64,000 bases of DNA from an uncultured Verrucomicrobiae bacterium (GTDB lineage: Bacteria; Verrucomicrobiota; Verrucomicrobiia; Limisphaerales; Palsa-1400): positions 512,001 to 576,000 of the forward strand of contig CAVXRD010000004.1 in assembly GCA_963764165.1 (NCBI GenBank), given 5' to 3'. The translations under genes and the position numbers were made by a program. Of this stretch, positions 31,801-41,300 are shown one piece after another; positions within the stretch are counted from its first letter, which is position 1, and the number at the start of each line of letters is the position of its first letter. Under the pieces are notes generated by a model. The model was not told the origin of the DNA. It worked only from the letters and a program-made list of their open reading frames with translations, and searched no databases.

Positions 31801-33183
31801 CAAGCTGTCTTGAACCAGATAGGGAGAGGGCGGCGCCGTTGGAGGCGCGGAGTTGATGCCTTGGAGAATGATTTGCGCATAACCCTGATAGCCATTATTG
31901 AAACTGCCCGCGCTCAACGGGTTAAATGTAAATTTCACATAAGCGACGCTCTGCGCTATGGGCGCCACTCCGTTTTCGGAAATCGCAATGCGATTTGCCA
32001 CTGGCGTGCCTCCAGCGACGCTTGGAAGGAAAAGAACCGTCGTGATTGGAATGAAGGTTGTTGGAGCCGAAACAGTGGAATAGGAAACAGTGTAATACTG
32101 CCCGTCGCGCCCGTTGTCCTCCCAGCCGCTGTAGGTCACGATATTTGTCAGATCCGAACCGAATCCGCCATTCTGCGAGCTCGGAAGCTGGAACGTCAGT
32201 GACGTGCAGCCGTTGCCGCCGCACGTGACGTAATTCGTGCTGGTGGTGTTCCCGTTTCCAGCCGAGTTTTCAACCAGGAGCATCGAAAGCGCGTTTGTGG
32301 CGCCGTCTGTCAAGCTGTCCGGTGACCGGCCGGTTGTCTCCTCACTGTAATTGCCGGTGGCGACGATGCCCCCCGATTCAATCGTTTCTCCGGCGATCAA
32401 ATTCGGAGTCTCGATGGTCCACGTAGGATTAAACGGCGTTGATGAGCTTGAGCCGAAACTCGCCAGCTGGGTGGATTCCGACACGTAAAAAGGCGGGGGC
32501 ACGGCCGCCGCGGACGGATTGCCTTGGATCGTAATTTCCGTATAGCCCGAGCCGCTGTTTTCATCGGACGAAGTCGGAATGGGAAAATAGAACTCAACGG
32601 CCGCCACGTTGGCCGCAATTGTTCCGCCAGCCGAGTCGGTCACCGCCACTTGCAGGGCAATTGGGCTGCCTGGCTGGTTGCCGCTGAAACCGGCTGTATA
32701 AGAGACGTTGGTCAGGAAAATGAAACTCGATGGGTTTTCGACCGTGGAATAAAACACGGTGTAATCCTGCGCTGAACGTCCGCCGTTGGCCCAACCGCTG
32801 TAAACGCTGATGTTGGTCAGGTCATATCCGTGGCTGGCCGCGGGCAGAGTGTAAATCAGCTCCGTGCCGGCCGCGCTGCCGCCGGCAACTTCCTGCGGGA
32901 ATGAATTAGCCCCGGAAGTTTGCTGCGGAAGGACGCCGTCCGTCAAAATGGAAAGATTGCCGCCCGCGTTTTCAGCCGAAAAGTTGCCCGCCGAAGTGGA
33001 TGGCAGCATCCCAGCGATCAAGCTGTTGGGGGCCACTGCCCACGTGGGTGTGAATGTTCCGCCGGGATTTTGATACGCTCCCGTGACTTGCAGAAAGGCC
33101 TGGGAAGAATTGACAAATCCCAGCAAGGCGGTGCAGGCAAGGCCCGCTGCGATTTTCCATTTTTGAGGGTACGAGGTGTTCAT
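28810..33183 (-). CDS. 1457-aa secreted protein: four copies of an unnamed ~180-aa domain, Ig domains, L-type (legume) lectin domain, C-terminal sorting-like domain
   Basis: Signal peptide; 4x TDG...GW..(G/D)GR..Q.Y...Y; lectin motifs GGADGATFTLQN, GGGLGYLGI, AYVGFTGADGG. Confidence 0.85.
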   Translation of the reverse strand: MNTSYPQKWKIAAGLACTALLGFVNSSQAFLQVTGAYQNPGGTFTPTWAVAPNSLIAGMLPSTSAGNFSAENAGGNLSILTDGVLPQQTSGANSFPQEVAGGSAAGTELIYTLPAASHGYDLTNISVYSGWANGGRSAQDYTVFYSTVENPSSFIFLTNVSYTAGFSGNQPGSPIALQVAVTDSAGGTIAANVAAVEFYFPIPTSSDENSGSGYTEITIQGNPSAAAVPPPFYVSESTQLASFGSSSSTPFNPTWTIETPNLIAGETIESGGIVATGNYSEETTGRSPDSLTDGATNALSMLLVENSAGNGNTTSTNYVTCGGNGCTSLTFQLPSSQNGGFGSDLTNIVTYSGWEDNGRDGQYYTVSYSTVSAPTTFIPITTVLFLPSVAGGTPVANRIAISENGVAPIAQSVAYVKFTFNPLSAGSFNNGYQGYAQIILQGINSAPPTAPPSPYLVQDSLPALEIAVVGDSLTLSAAFSNSPPAVLQWQQVVNGVTNNVGSPVTTPGTLGDTTNTLFISGLTTNNSGVYQLQAVNATNHVGGGYSYSTGVPVTVNPLPAATNGLIITEANQLGWPGGTGISTNFYPTWTIDTNADLIYGYTEEAGDVTDGGGNWNEANLLSLDAYTNALPDLLTDGKIGYITYWPGVGDSPTEVTAGGANEGGISVTYTLPSSASLGWDLTNVTVYGGWGDSGRDQQEYQVSYATYLNPSTFIPLPTVSYLPANPNGVPSATRTEMIPASGALAHNVAYVLVNFFFQGNQAENGWEGYSEISLGGHPSLPVPVLTQDINVLTAEDVIGSQIILTATFSGANSYQWFQNGVAVPGATSSTLNLSPLTANMTGSYYLAAYNSSGSNVSSSTAVKVDPMPAATNNIVTAWAYQTSHYSTFGPTWDTSSLSASLIYGAYPVAEGNGNFQDPDTDPLSNDQAGGLPVLTDGNYGQMNPNGPHPAFATCGPNAGQFVEYSLPDANAYGDNISKLEIAGGWNDNGRDAQYYTISYSTIENPTNFIPLVEVANNPAVPNNTESVLRATFTPVSGLLASNVAAIYVDFTVPPGVPNGYSGYSEISVFGTAATSYPPPQVTTNLTPLLSDVPVGTALNYSVAGSGGSASVAYQWFLNGAPISGATNTTYSFAALAGTNGYSVAVSNQYGATFSSTASVVGETTPPPVLIIGGGSNWSFNAGSGSASVATLTASNQIELTFGLGGEANSAFYNAAQYVGGFVGSFWYQDHGGGGADGATFTLQNSPTGVTAVGAGGGGLGYLGISPSVAIELDVYSGSVGAPGIDIAVDGTNAGPYSSTGPINIASGDWIYVQMYYQNDNLELTFIDPSAGTFTTNVAIDILGTIGNGSAYVGFTGADGGISSFEYISDFIFSYTTAPTLAITPSTGGKAIVSVPVTVSPLFQLMQSTNLTGPWVPASTVSSVVVGSQVQTTVSTTNNADAFFELQLKTPFGPAQVP

Positions 33184-33415
33184 AGTCTAATCTGGTCTAA
33201 TTCTGATCTGCGATATTTTGTGTTTTGCTCGATCATGTACTGACCAAGGCATGGCGCGACTGGGAGTGCCGTGTGTTCGCTTTGCGCATGGTGCATGTGA
33301 TTTTCGACGGCAATACTAGAGAACATGCTGTCCATTTCATATCCCCTAAGTGGGTGATGGTACTATCACCTAAACTGGTGGGTTGGCGGGGCGACTCCGC
33401 CCTGGGTGGCTTGGC

Positions 33416-33595
33416 TTAATTCCCGCTCACATCAAGGCCGACAACTTCGCCGCCCTCGCACTGAATCGAAACCTCCATTGGCCGGCAGCAAACCTCGCAA
33501 TCAATCGTGAATCGCTGGTCGGCCTGCGTGGTGTCTACCGCGAGCGAAAACGTCTGTCCGCAAAATGGACATTGAATATCCTCTTCCTCTTGCAC
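33416..33595 (-). CDS. CPXCG-motif cysteine-rich protein
   Basis: IQCPFCGQ...DCEVCCRP. GTG start inferred. Confidence 0.85.
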   Translation of the reverse strand: MQEEEDIQCPFCGQTFSLAVDTTQADQRFTIDCEVCCRPMEVSIQCEGGEVVGLDVSGN

Positions 33596-33725
33596 AATGC
33601 GAATCCTTTTCTTCCAATGCACTGCAATGAGACACGTTGCACCCGCCTTGTGTCCGTGTCAAATTGATGGCATAATAGGTGCTAACTCCGGTGGTTGGAG
33701 AGACATAATCGTTAGTTGAGCACTA

Positions 33726-34766
33726 ATGACCCGTACAGCATGGAAGCAGATGCAAAGTATTCGTGTTCTTTTGATCGAAGATTCGGAATTTGACGCCGTA
33801 TTGTTGCTGAGGCACTTGCAGACCCATGGATATCAGACGCAATCCATGCGCATTGCCAGCAAACCTGAAATGGAAGAGGCCATTGAACGGGAGTGGGATC
33901 TCGTTCTTTGCGACTATCAAATGCCGCACTTCGACGTGTTGACAGCATTGTCGATGTTGAAGCAAGCCAGGCTGGATTTGCCTTTCATCATCGTGTCCGG
34001 CGCCATTGGCGAGGAGCTGGCGGTCGACCTGATGCGATCCGGCGCGCACGATTTCATCGTCAAAGGCCGCCTGAGCCGTCTGATTCCGGCCATCGAACGC
34101 GAGCGGCGGGAAGCCAAAGCCCGCCGCGAACGCGCGGCCGCGCTCGAAAAGCTTGCCTATCTGGCCGCGATTGTGGATTCCACCGAGGAAGCCATCGTGG
34201 GGCAGAATATGGACGGCCTGATCACCACCTGGAACTCAGGCGCAACCCGGCTTTACGGTTACACTGCGGAAGAGGCGGCTGGAAAACCCGCGCTTATGAT
34301 TGTTCCCCCGGAGCTTCACAAGCCGGTTTCCGAGGTCGTGCAAAAGCTGCGCCGCTCCGAAAGCGCCGGGCCTGTGGAATCCATTCGCAGGCGGAAAAAC
34401 GGGGAAACGGTTTCTGTCTGCGTCACCATGTCACCCATTAAAGATTCAGCGGGGCACGTCATCGGGGCGTCCTCGATTGCTTACGACATCACGGAGCGCA
34501 AGAAAGCGGAAACGGAGAAGATCGAGCTGATTGCGCATTTGAACGACACGCTCTCAAAGGTCAAGACGCTCAGTGGGTTGCTTCCCATTTGCGCGCAATG
34601 CAAAAAAATCCGCGACGACCGAGGGTATTGGCAGCGGTTGGAACATTATGTCCGCGAGCACTCGGGCGCGGAATTCTCGCATTCCATCTGCCCGGATTGC
34701 ATGGTGCTGCTTTATCCTGAATTCGCGCCGCGAGTTGGGGCGCCAGAAAATTCCCAGCGGGCGTAA
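33726..34766 (+). CDS. Response regulator: receiver + PAS + C-terminal Cys/His-rich domain
   Basis: VLLIEDS, DLVLCDYQMP, GAHDFIVK; PAS (AIVDST..WNSGATRLYGY); LLPICAQCKKIRDD..W...FSHSICPDC. Confidence 0.9.
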   Translation: MTRTAWKQMQSIRVLLIEDSEFDAVLLLRHLQTHGYQTQSMRIASKPEMEEAIEREWDLVLCDYQMPHFDVLTALSMLKQARLDLPFIIVSGAIGEELAVDLMRSGAHDFIVKGRLSRLIPAIERERREAKARRERAAALEKLAYLAAIVDSTEEAIVGQNMDGLITTWNSGATRLYGYTAEEAAGKPALMIVPPELHKPVSEVVQKLRRSESAGPVESIRRRKNGETVSVCVTMSPIKDSAGHVIGASSIAYDITERKKAETEKIELIAHLNDTLSKVKTLSGLLPICAQCKKIRDDRGYWQRLEHYVREHSGAEFSHSICPDCMVLLYPEFAPRVGAPENSQRA

Positions 34767-34796
34767 TTGGTAACGCCGCGCAAGCCGGCCTTGAAA

Positions 34797-34896
34797 GGTG
34801 GGGACGCCTCGCCGAGGCGTCCGGGTTGAGGCATTACTAGGCGCAAGCCGCGGCATTTTTCACACGCAACCGGACGCCTCGGCGAGGCGTCCTACC
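34797..34896. repeat. REP-like element, GGGACGCCTCGCCGAGGCGTCC family, copy 2
   Basis: GGTGGGGACGCCTCGCCGAGGCGTCCGG ... CCGGACGCCTCGGCGAGGCGTCCTACC, between convergent genes. Confidence 0.85.
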
Positions 34897-34899
34897 TTT

Positions 34900-35994
34900 T
34901 TACAGAGCTGAATGCGCTGTGGTGACCGGACCCTGATCCGCAACGCGGCTGGAGGGCGCGCTGTTCTTCGCGGCGGCGGCCGCCGCAGCTTGCGGGCCGA
35001 CCGGTTCCATCGTCACCATGTTCGCCACCACCTGCACCAATCCGCCTTGTGAATTGTTTGAGAATTGGCCGCCCGTAATGGTGTTATGATCGCAACCGCG
35101 ATCATTGACGAGAAAGGCTTTGCCTCCGCTGTTGCTGATGTTGAGGGTGTTAAAACTGTTTCCCGTGCACAGGCTATTGGGGAGCACCTGCAAGCCCTTC
35201 GGAGTTTGCACATCTGTTCCGGCCATGAAAATGCCGTGATGGCGGCTCTTCTTGATCGTCACATCTTCAAAAACATTGTCACGCGACTGGCGCATGAAAA
35301 TCCCCAGATCATCGGCGGTGAGCACCGCGTCTTTGATGACATTGTGGGCAAAATCCAAATCCAACGAAATGGCGGCCGCAAGATTATCGTGGAGATTCAA
35401 ATGGCTGAAGTGGCTGTCTTCCGTATCGTAACAGGCCAGTCCGTCGAACTGGCTGTCGTAAGCCGTGAAATTCCTAACGGTCAAACGGCGTGTTCCCGCC
35501 GATGTCACCATTCCTCCAGACCGGCAATGCGCGCATTCCACGTTCTCCACCGTCGCGTCCGTCGGGCCCCAAACATCGACCCCGTTATTATAAACCCCCG
35601 CGCCATCGGGCAATATCCGCCATACTTCCTTCGGCTGCCGTGTGCGGTTGCCGTCAATCATAAGATCAGCCAGACGGATGTTTTTAACCGGTTGGGCGTG
35701 GGGCGCCCGCAAGGAGCCAAGAATAACAACCGGGCAATTCGCATTATCGGCCAGCGAAAGTATCGTCGATGAGCCGCATCCGCGAAGCGTCTGGCCGTCT
35801 TGTTGCATAATGATTGGCTTGCTAACGACATATTTGCCGGGGCTCAAAACGATCTCACCTCCGGCAGGAAGTTTATCAAGGGCCGCCTGGATGCCATCAC
35901 CACCGGCGCTTGGGGGAACCGACACGGGCGCTGCGAAACTGGCGATTGAAAAGGAGAGGAAGGCGAGTATGGCGACCGGTGTTTTTTTCAGCAT
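34900..35994 (-). CDS. Secreted right-handed parallel beta-helix (pectin lyase-like) protein
   Basis: Signal peptide; IQAALDKL..GGEIVLSPGKY; IDGNR; repeated beta-helix turns. Confidence 0.8.
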   Translation of the reverse strand: MLKKTPVAILAFLSFSIASFAAPVSVPPSAGGDGIQAALDKLPAGGEIVLSPGKYVVSKPIIMQQDGQTLRGCGSSTILSLADNANCPVVILGSLRAPHAQPVKNIRLADLMIDGNRTRQPKEVWRILPDGAGVYNNGVDVWGPTDATVENVECAHCRSGGMVTSAGTRRLTVRNFTAYDSQFDGLACYDTEDSHFSHLNLHDNLAAAISLDLDFAHNVIKDAVLTADDLGIFMRQSRDNVFEDVTIKKSRHHGIFMAGTDVQTPKGLQVLPNSLCTGNSFNTLNISNSGGKAFLVNDRGCDHNTITGGQFSNNSQGGLVQVVANMVTMEPVGPQAAAAAAAKNSAPSSRVADQGPVTTAHSAL

Positions 35995-36213
35995 AATTTC
36001 GTTTATGGCTTCAAAGAATAATGGCAGTTACGAGCGCGGCTCATCGTATTGCCTGATTTGACGTTAGGGCTTTTGCCCATATTCAAGGCAGGGTGAAAAT
36101 TTTTCAAGAATTTTCGCAGTACGATCTTTTGCGCGTATTTCGCCAAGGTGAGAAATGGGAATGGCGCAATGACGGCCTTGCATTTAGAGTCTAGTTCCGG
36201 CACGCTTATTGTC

Positions 36214-36399
36214 ATGAGCGACAAAGAGCTTGCGTTGGAATCGATCCAAGGGCTGCCCGCGAATGCGAGGCTTGAAACCATCGCGGAGCGCTTGGAGTTT
36301 CTGGCCGCGATCGGCAAAGGACTTGACCAAATCGAGCGCGGCGAAACCCTGCCGCATGAAGAAGTCAAAAGGCAATTGGCGACGTGGCTTTCAAAATAA
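36214..36399 (+). CDS. Putative antitoxin (addiction-module type)
   Basis: KELALESIQGLP...IGKGLDQIERGETLPHEEVKRQL..W. Overlaps the start of a ParE/RelE-like gene. Confidence 0.75.
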   Translation: MSDKELALESIQGLPANARLETIAERLEFLAAIGKGLDQIERGETLPHEEVKRQLATWLSK

Positions 36400-36518
36400 T
36401 CTGGTCTCTTCGTGCTCGCGACGATTTGCGCGATATCTTGGCGTTCGTCGCGGTAAATAATCCTTCAGTGGCAGAATCACTCGGGATTCGCCTCATTCCA
36501 AGACGTTTAGAATTCTGA
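36384..36518 (+). pseudogene. Truncated RelE/ParE-family toxin (44 aa)
   Basis: Manual translation: MAFKIIWSLRARDDLRDILAFVAVNNPSVAESLGIRLIPRRLEF*. N-terminal half of a ParE/RelE only. Confidence 0.75.
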
Positions 36519-36658
36519 CCAAGCATGGGCATCAAAGAAGCTCAATTGGCGAACGATTCTGAAGACGAGGGTCTGAGCATCAGGGCCGCCGTTCTCCATC
36601 CAATGGTCTGTGACAACAGTTCTTGCTTCTGATTTTATCGCGGCGAACAATCGGACTC

Positions 36659-38128
36659 ATGAATCGTGCAATCCGTTTCTTGAGTGGCAGTCTTGGCGTT
36701 TATTTTTGCGTGGCGGGCGCCGCTCTGGCCGAAGTGCTGCCCCCCGCCCCTTATGGGCCGGTTCCCAGCCAGCGCCAATTGGAATGGGAGCAGCGGGAAT
36801 TTGTCGGGTTCGCGCATTTTACCGTGGATACGTTTACGGGCAAGGAATGGGGTTACGGCGACGAGACGGAAAATACGTTCAACCCTAGTGCTTTCGACGC
36901 CGCCCAGATTGTCCGCGTGGCTCGCGAGGCGGGCATGAAGGAATTGATTCTCACCTGCAAACATCACGATGGCTTCTGCCTCTGGCCCTCGAAATACACC
37001 GAGCATTCGGTCAAGAATAGCGCCTGGATGGGCGGTCACGGCGACGTCGTCAAAGCGATTTCGGAAGAGTGCCGGAAACAGGGTTTGAAATTCGGAGTGT
37101 ATCTTTCGCCGTGGGATCGAAATTCTTCCATTTACGCGACACCGGCCTACATCACGTATTACCGCAATCAGCTTACCGAGTTGTTGACACAATACGGCCC
37201 GATTGCCGAAGTGTGGTTCGACGGCGCAAATGGCGGCGACGGCTATTACGGCGGCACGCGCGAAAAGCGGAGCATCGACAATAAGACGTATTACGACTGG
37301 CCCAACACGATTGAATTGGTGCGACGGTTGCAGCCGATGGCGTGCATGTTCAGCGACGCGGGGCCGGATATTCGCTGGGTCGGCAACGAAAGCGGCGTCG
37401 CAGGCGAAACGTGCTGGGAAACCTTGAATCGCGCCGAGTTCTCACCCGGAAATGCGGATTCCGACCGCCTCAACAAAGGCGACCGCCCCGGCACCGACTG
37501 GCTCCCCGCCGAATGCGACGTCTCGATTCGCCCCGGGTGGTTTTATCATCCGGCCGAGGATGCCCAGGTCAAAACACCGCGCCAATTGCTCGATCTTTAT
37601 TTCAAATCCGTGGGCCGTGGCGCGACGCTTTTGTTAAACATTCCGCCTGACCAGACCGGCCAGATTCACGCGCAGGACATCGCCTCGCTGCGCGAGTTCG
37701 CCCGTTTGCGCGACGCCATTTTTGCGCATGATCTTGCCCGCCCCGCCAAAATCACTGCCTCGAACGTGCGTGGTAATTCGCACAAATTCCGCGCGGAAAA
37801 CCTCACTGCGGGCCGCCGCGACGCCTATTGGTCAACCGACGACGCCGTTACGACACCCGAGATCGTCCTGGAATTTAAGAAGCCCGTGACTTTCAACGTC
37901 GTCCGAGTTCGCGAGCATCTGCCTTTGGGCCAGCGCGTCGAAGAATTTGCGCTTGACCAATGGCGCGATGGCCAATGGGTAAAGTTCGCGGAAGCCACCA
38001 GCATCGGAAATTGCCGCCTTCTGCGGTCGGATAACGTGACAACAACAAAGATACGTTTGCGCGTCACCAAAGCCGCCGCATGCCCTGCCCTTTCTGAGAT
38101 CGCATTGTTCGCGGAAACGAAGAATTAG
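36659..38128 (+). CDS. Alpha-L-fucosidase, GH29, with C-terminal F5/8 type C-like domain
   Basis: LTCKHHDGFCLWPS, GVYLSPWD, EVWFDGA, ECDVSIRPGWFYH, SVGRGATLLLNIPP. Confidence 0.93.
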   Translation: MNRAIRFLSGSLGVYFCVAGAALAEVLPPAPYGPVPSQRQLEWEQREFVGFAHFTVDTFTGKEWGYGDETENTFNPSAFDAAQIVRVAREAGMKELILTCKHHDGFCLWPSKYTEHSVKNSAWMGGHGDVVKAISEECRKQGLKFGVYLSPWDRNSSIYATPAYITYYRNQLTELLTQYGPIAEVWFDGANGGDGYYGGTREKRSIDNKTYYDWPNTIELVRRLQPMACMFSDAGPDIRWVGNESGVAGETCWETLNRAEFSPGNADSDRLNKGDRPGTDWLPAECDVSIRPGWFYHPAEDAQVKTPRQLLDLYFKSVGRGATLLLNIPPDQTGQIHAQDIASLREFARLRDAIFAHDLARPAKITASNVRGNSHKFRAENLTAGRRDAYWSTDDAVTTPEIVLEFKKPVTFNVVRVREHLPLGQRVEEFALDQWRDGQWVKFAEATSIGNCRLLRSDNVTTTKIRLRVTKAAACPALSEIALFAETKN

Positions 38129-38337
38129 CACGCCACTGTTAAAAGCTCGTCTCTAACGAAGTGCAGCCGAATCTGCTTCAGCTGTGCTTGATCAAAGTAA
38201 AATGCGCGCACCGCTTCCTTCACATTGAGACGCAGCGCATCCCAAGAATCGGCTTGTGTGAAAATGTTTTCCGTCATGCACTCAGCGCAAAAACCGCCGT
38301 CTTCTTCTTCCGTCACTTCAAATACAAGTTCGTTCAT
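38125..38337 (-). CDS. HicB-like small protein, orphan antitoxin
   Basis: ELVFEVTEEEDGGFCA...IFTQADSWDALRLNVKEAV is a HicB-like pattern. Confidence 0.7.
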   Translation of the reverse strand: MNELVFEVTEEEDGGFCAECMTENIFTQADSWDALRLNVKEAVRAFYFDQAQLKQIRLHFVRDELLTVAC

Positions 38338-38349
38338 CGATTCAACGTA

Positions 38350-41300
38350 TCACACCGGGTCGTAGTTTAAATACGGCCCCAGCCATCGTTCGGCAACGCT
38401 GAGTTCAATTCCTTTGCGTTTTGCGTAGTCCTGAACTTGGTCGCGATCCAGTTTTCCGACCGCAAAATATTTCGAGTGCGGGCTGGCGAAATAAAGTCCG
38501 CTGACGCTGCTGCCGGGCCACATGGCAAAGCTTTCGGTCAGCTTGATGCCAACTTCCTTTTCAACATTCAAGAGCTTCCACAAGGTCTGCTTTTCCGTGT
38601 GGTCCGGGCAGGCCGGATAACCAGCCGCCGGCCGGATGCCGCGGTATTGCTCTTCGATCAATTGCTCAGTCGTCAGGCCTTCTGATTTTCCGAAACCCCA
38701 TTCATCCCGGGCGCGCTTATGCAAATATTCCGCGAACGCCTCGGCAAGGCGGTCGGCGAGCGCTTCTGTCATGATCGCGTTGTAATCGTCGTTTTGAGCC
38801 TTGAATTCCTTCACCAATTTGTCAGAGCCCAAACCGGCGGTCACCGCGAAGGCGCCAATGTAATCCCCCGCAGGCGCGATGAAATCGGCCAGGCACCAAT
38901 TGGGCTGGGAATCTGCTTTTTCCGATTGTTGACGCAGGAAATGGAATTTCGTGAGAACTTTGGAACTGCCGGGAGCATCAAGAAGTTCCACATCGTCCCC
39001 CACCGAGCGGGCTGGGAAAAAGCCGTAAACACCGCGCGCCTCGATCAATTTTTCGTCGACGATTTTCTTAAGCAGCTTCTGCCCGTCCGCGAAAAGTTCG
39101 ACTGCCTGCGTACCATGTTTTTCGTGCTTCAAAATTGAAGGGTAACGCCCGCGCAATTCCCATGTGTGGAAAAATGGTGACCAGTCAATAAAAGGAACCA
39201 ATTCCTCCAGCGGCACCGAAACGACTTGCGTGCCGGTGAACTCGGGAACAGTGATGTCCGCGGGGTCGGCGGCGTCCTTTGCGGCGCGGCGGCGGGCCTC
39301 CTCGATGGGAAGCAATTGGACGCGCTGGCCGGCATGCTGCAGCCGAACCTTTTCCTGCTCGTCGCGATTTTTCTGGTCGAAGGCCCCTCTAAGTTCCGGG
39401 CTGGCCAAGTGGCCGACGACGCCCACGGCGCGGGAGGCGTCCACCACATGCACGACCGGTTGCGAATAGTGCGGCGCGATTTTGACGGACGTATGCGCCT
39501 TGCTCGTCGTTGCGCCGCCGATCAATAACGGCAGCGTAAAGCCTTCGCGCTGCAATTCGCGCGCCACGTGCGCCATCTCATCAAGCGACGGCGTGATCAA
39601 GCCACTCAGGCCGATCATGTCCACCTTCAGCTCGCGGGCCGTCTGCAAAATTTTCTCGCACGGCACCATCACGCCGAGATCGATGATTTCGTAGTTGTTG
39701 CAGGCCAGCACGACGCCCACAATATTTTTGCCAATGTCATGGACATCACCCTTCACGGTGGCCATGAGGATTTTTCCCTGCACGCGCGATTCGCCGCCGG
39801 CCTTCTTTTCCGCTTCCATGATGGGCAGCAGCCATGCCACCGCCTTTTTCATCACGCGCGCGCTCTTGACCACCTGCGGCAAAAACATTTTGCCCGAGCC
39901 AAACAAATCGCCGACGACGCTCATTCCCGCCATCAACGGGCCCTCGATCACCGACAGCGGGCGTTTGATTTTCTTCAGCGCTTCCTCGGTGTCCTGCTCG
40001 ACGTAATCCGCGATGCCCTTGACCAGCGCGTGCTCCAGGCGCTCCTCGACGGTTCGCTTGCGCCACTCGTCCTCGACGACGCCCGCCTTGTCCTTTTGCT
40101 TGACGGTTTCGGCGAATTTCACCAACCGTTCGGTGGCGTCCGGCCTGCGATTCAGCAGAACGTCTTCCACCAGTTCCAGCAAATCCTTGGGAATCTCCTC
40201 GTAAATCCCGAGCATTCCCGCGTTCACGATTCCCATGTCCAATCCCGCCTTGATCGCGTGATACAGAAAGGCGGAATGCATCGCTTCGCGGACGAGGTTG
40301 TTGCCGCGGAACGAAAACGAAATATTGCTGATGCCGCCGCTGACTTTCGCCCGCGGCAAATTTTGTTTGATCCAGCGTGTCGATTCGATGAAATCGACGG
40401 CGTAATTGTTGTGCTCCTCCATTCCCGTGGCGACGGTGAGAATGTTCGGGTCAAAAATAATATCCTCCGGGGGGAAACCCACCTGTTCTGTCAGAATCTT
40501 GTAACAGCGTGAGCAAATTTCCCTGCGGCGCTCCACCGTGTCCGCCTGCCCCTTTTCGTCGAACGCCATCACCACAACAGCCGCGCCGTAACGCCGAACC
40601 AATTTTGCGTGCTCGACAAACTTCTCTTCTCCTTCCTTGAGGCTGATCGAATTGACGACGGCCTTGCCCTGAACACACTTGAGGCCGGCCTCAATGACCG
40701 GCCAGCGCGAGCTGTCAATCATAATGGGAACCTTGGCAATGTCCGGTTCCGAACCGATCAAGTTGAGGAAGTGCGTCATTGCCTTGACGCCATCGAGCAT
40801 CCCCTCGTCCATATTCACATCGATGATTTGCGCGCCGTTCTCCACTTGCTGGCGCGCGACCGTCAGCGCCGCCTCGTACTGGCCGTCGAGGATCAACTTG
40901 GCGAATTTGGGCGAACCGGTGATGTTCGTCCGCTCGCCGACGTTGATGAAATTGCTCTCGGGCCGAATGTTCAATGCCTGCAGCCCGCTCAAGCGCAGCC
41001 ACGGCTCGACTTTCGCCGGGACACGCGGCTTGAAATGCGACGCTGCCTTCGCGATGAGCCGGATATGCGGCGGCGTCGTTCCACAGCAGCCACCGACGAT
41101 GTTCAACCATCCCTCTGAAGCCCACTCAGCCAATTGGGGTGCGAGCGTCTCCGGCGTCTCGGGGAATCCGGTCGGAAGCATCGGGTTCGGCAAGCCAGCG
41201 TTTGGATAAGCGCTGACGTAAATCGGCGCGATTCGCGAAAGCTCGGAAATGAACGGCCTCATTTCCTTGGGGCCGAGCGCACAATTGATGCCAATGCTCA

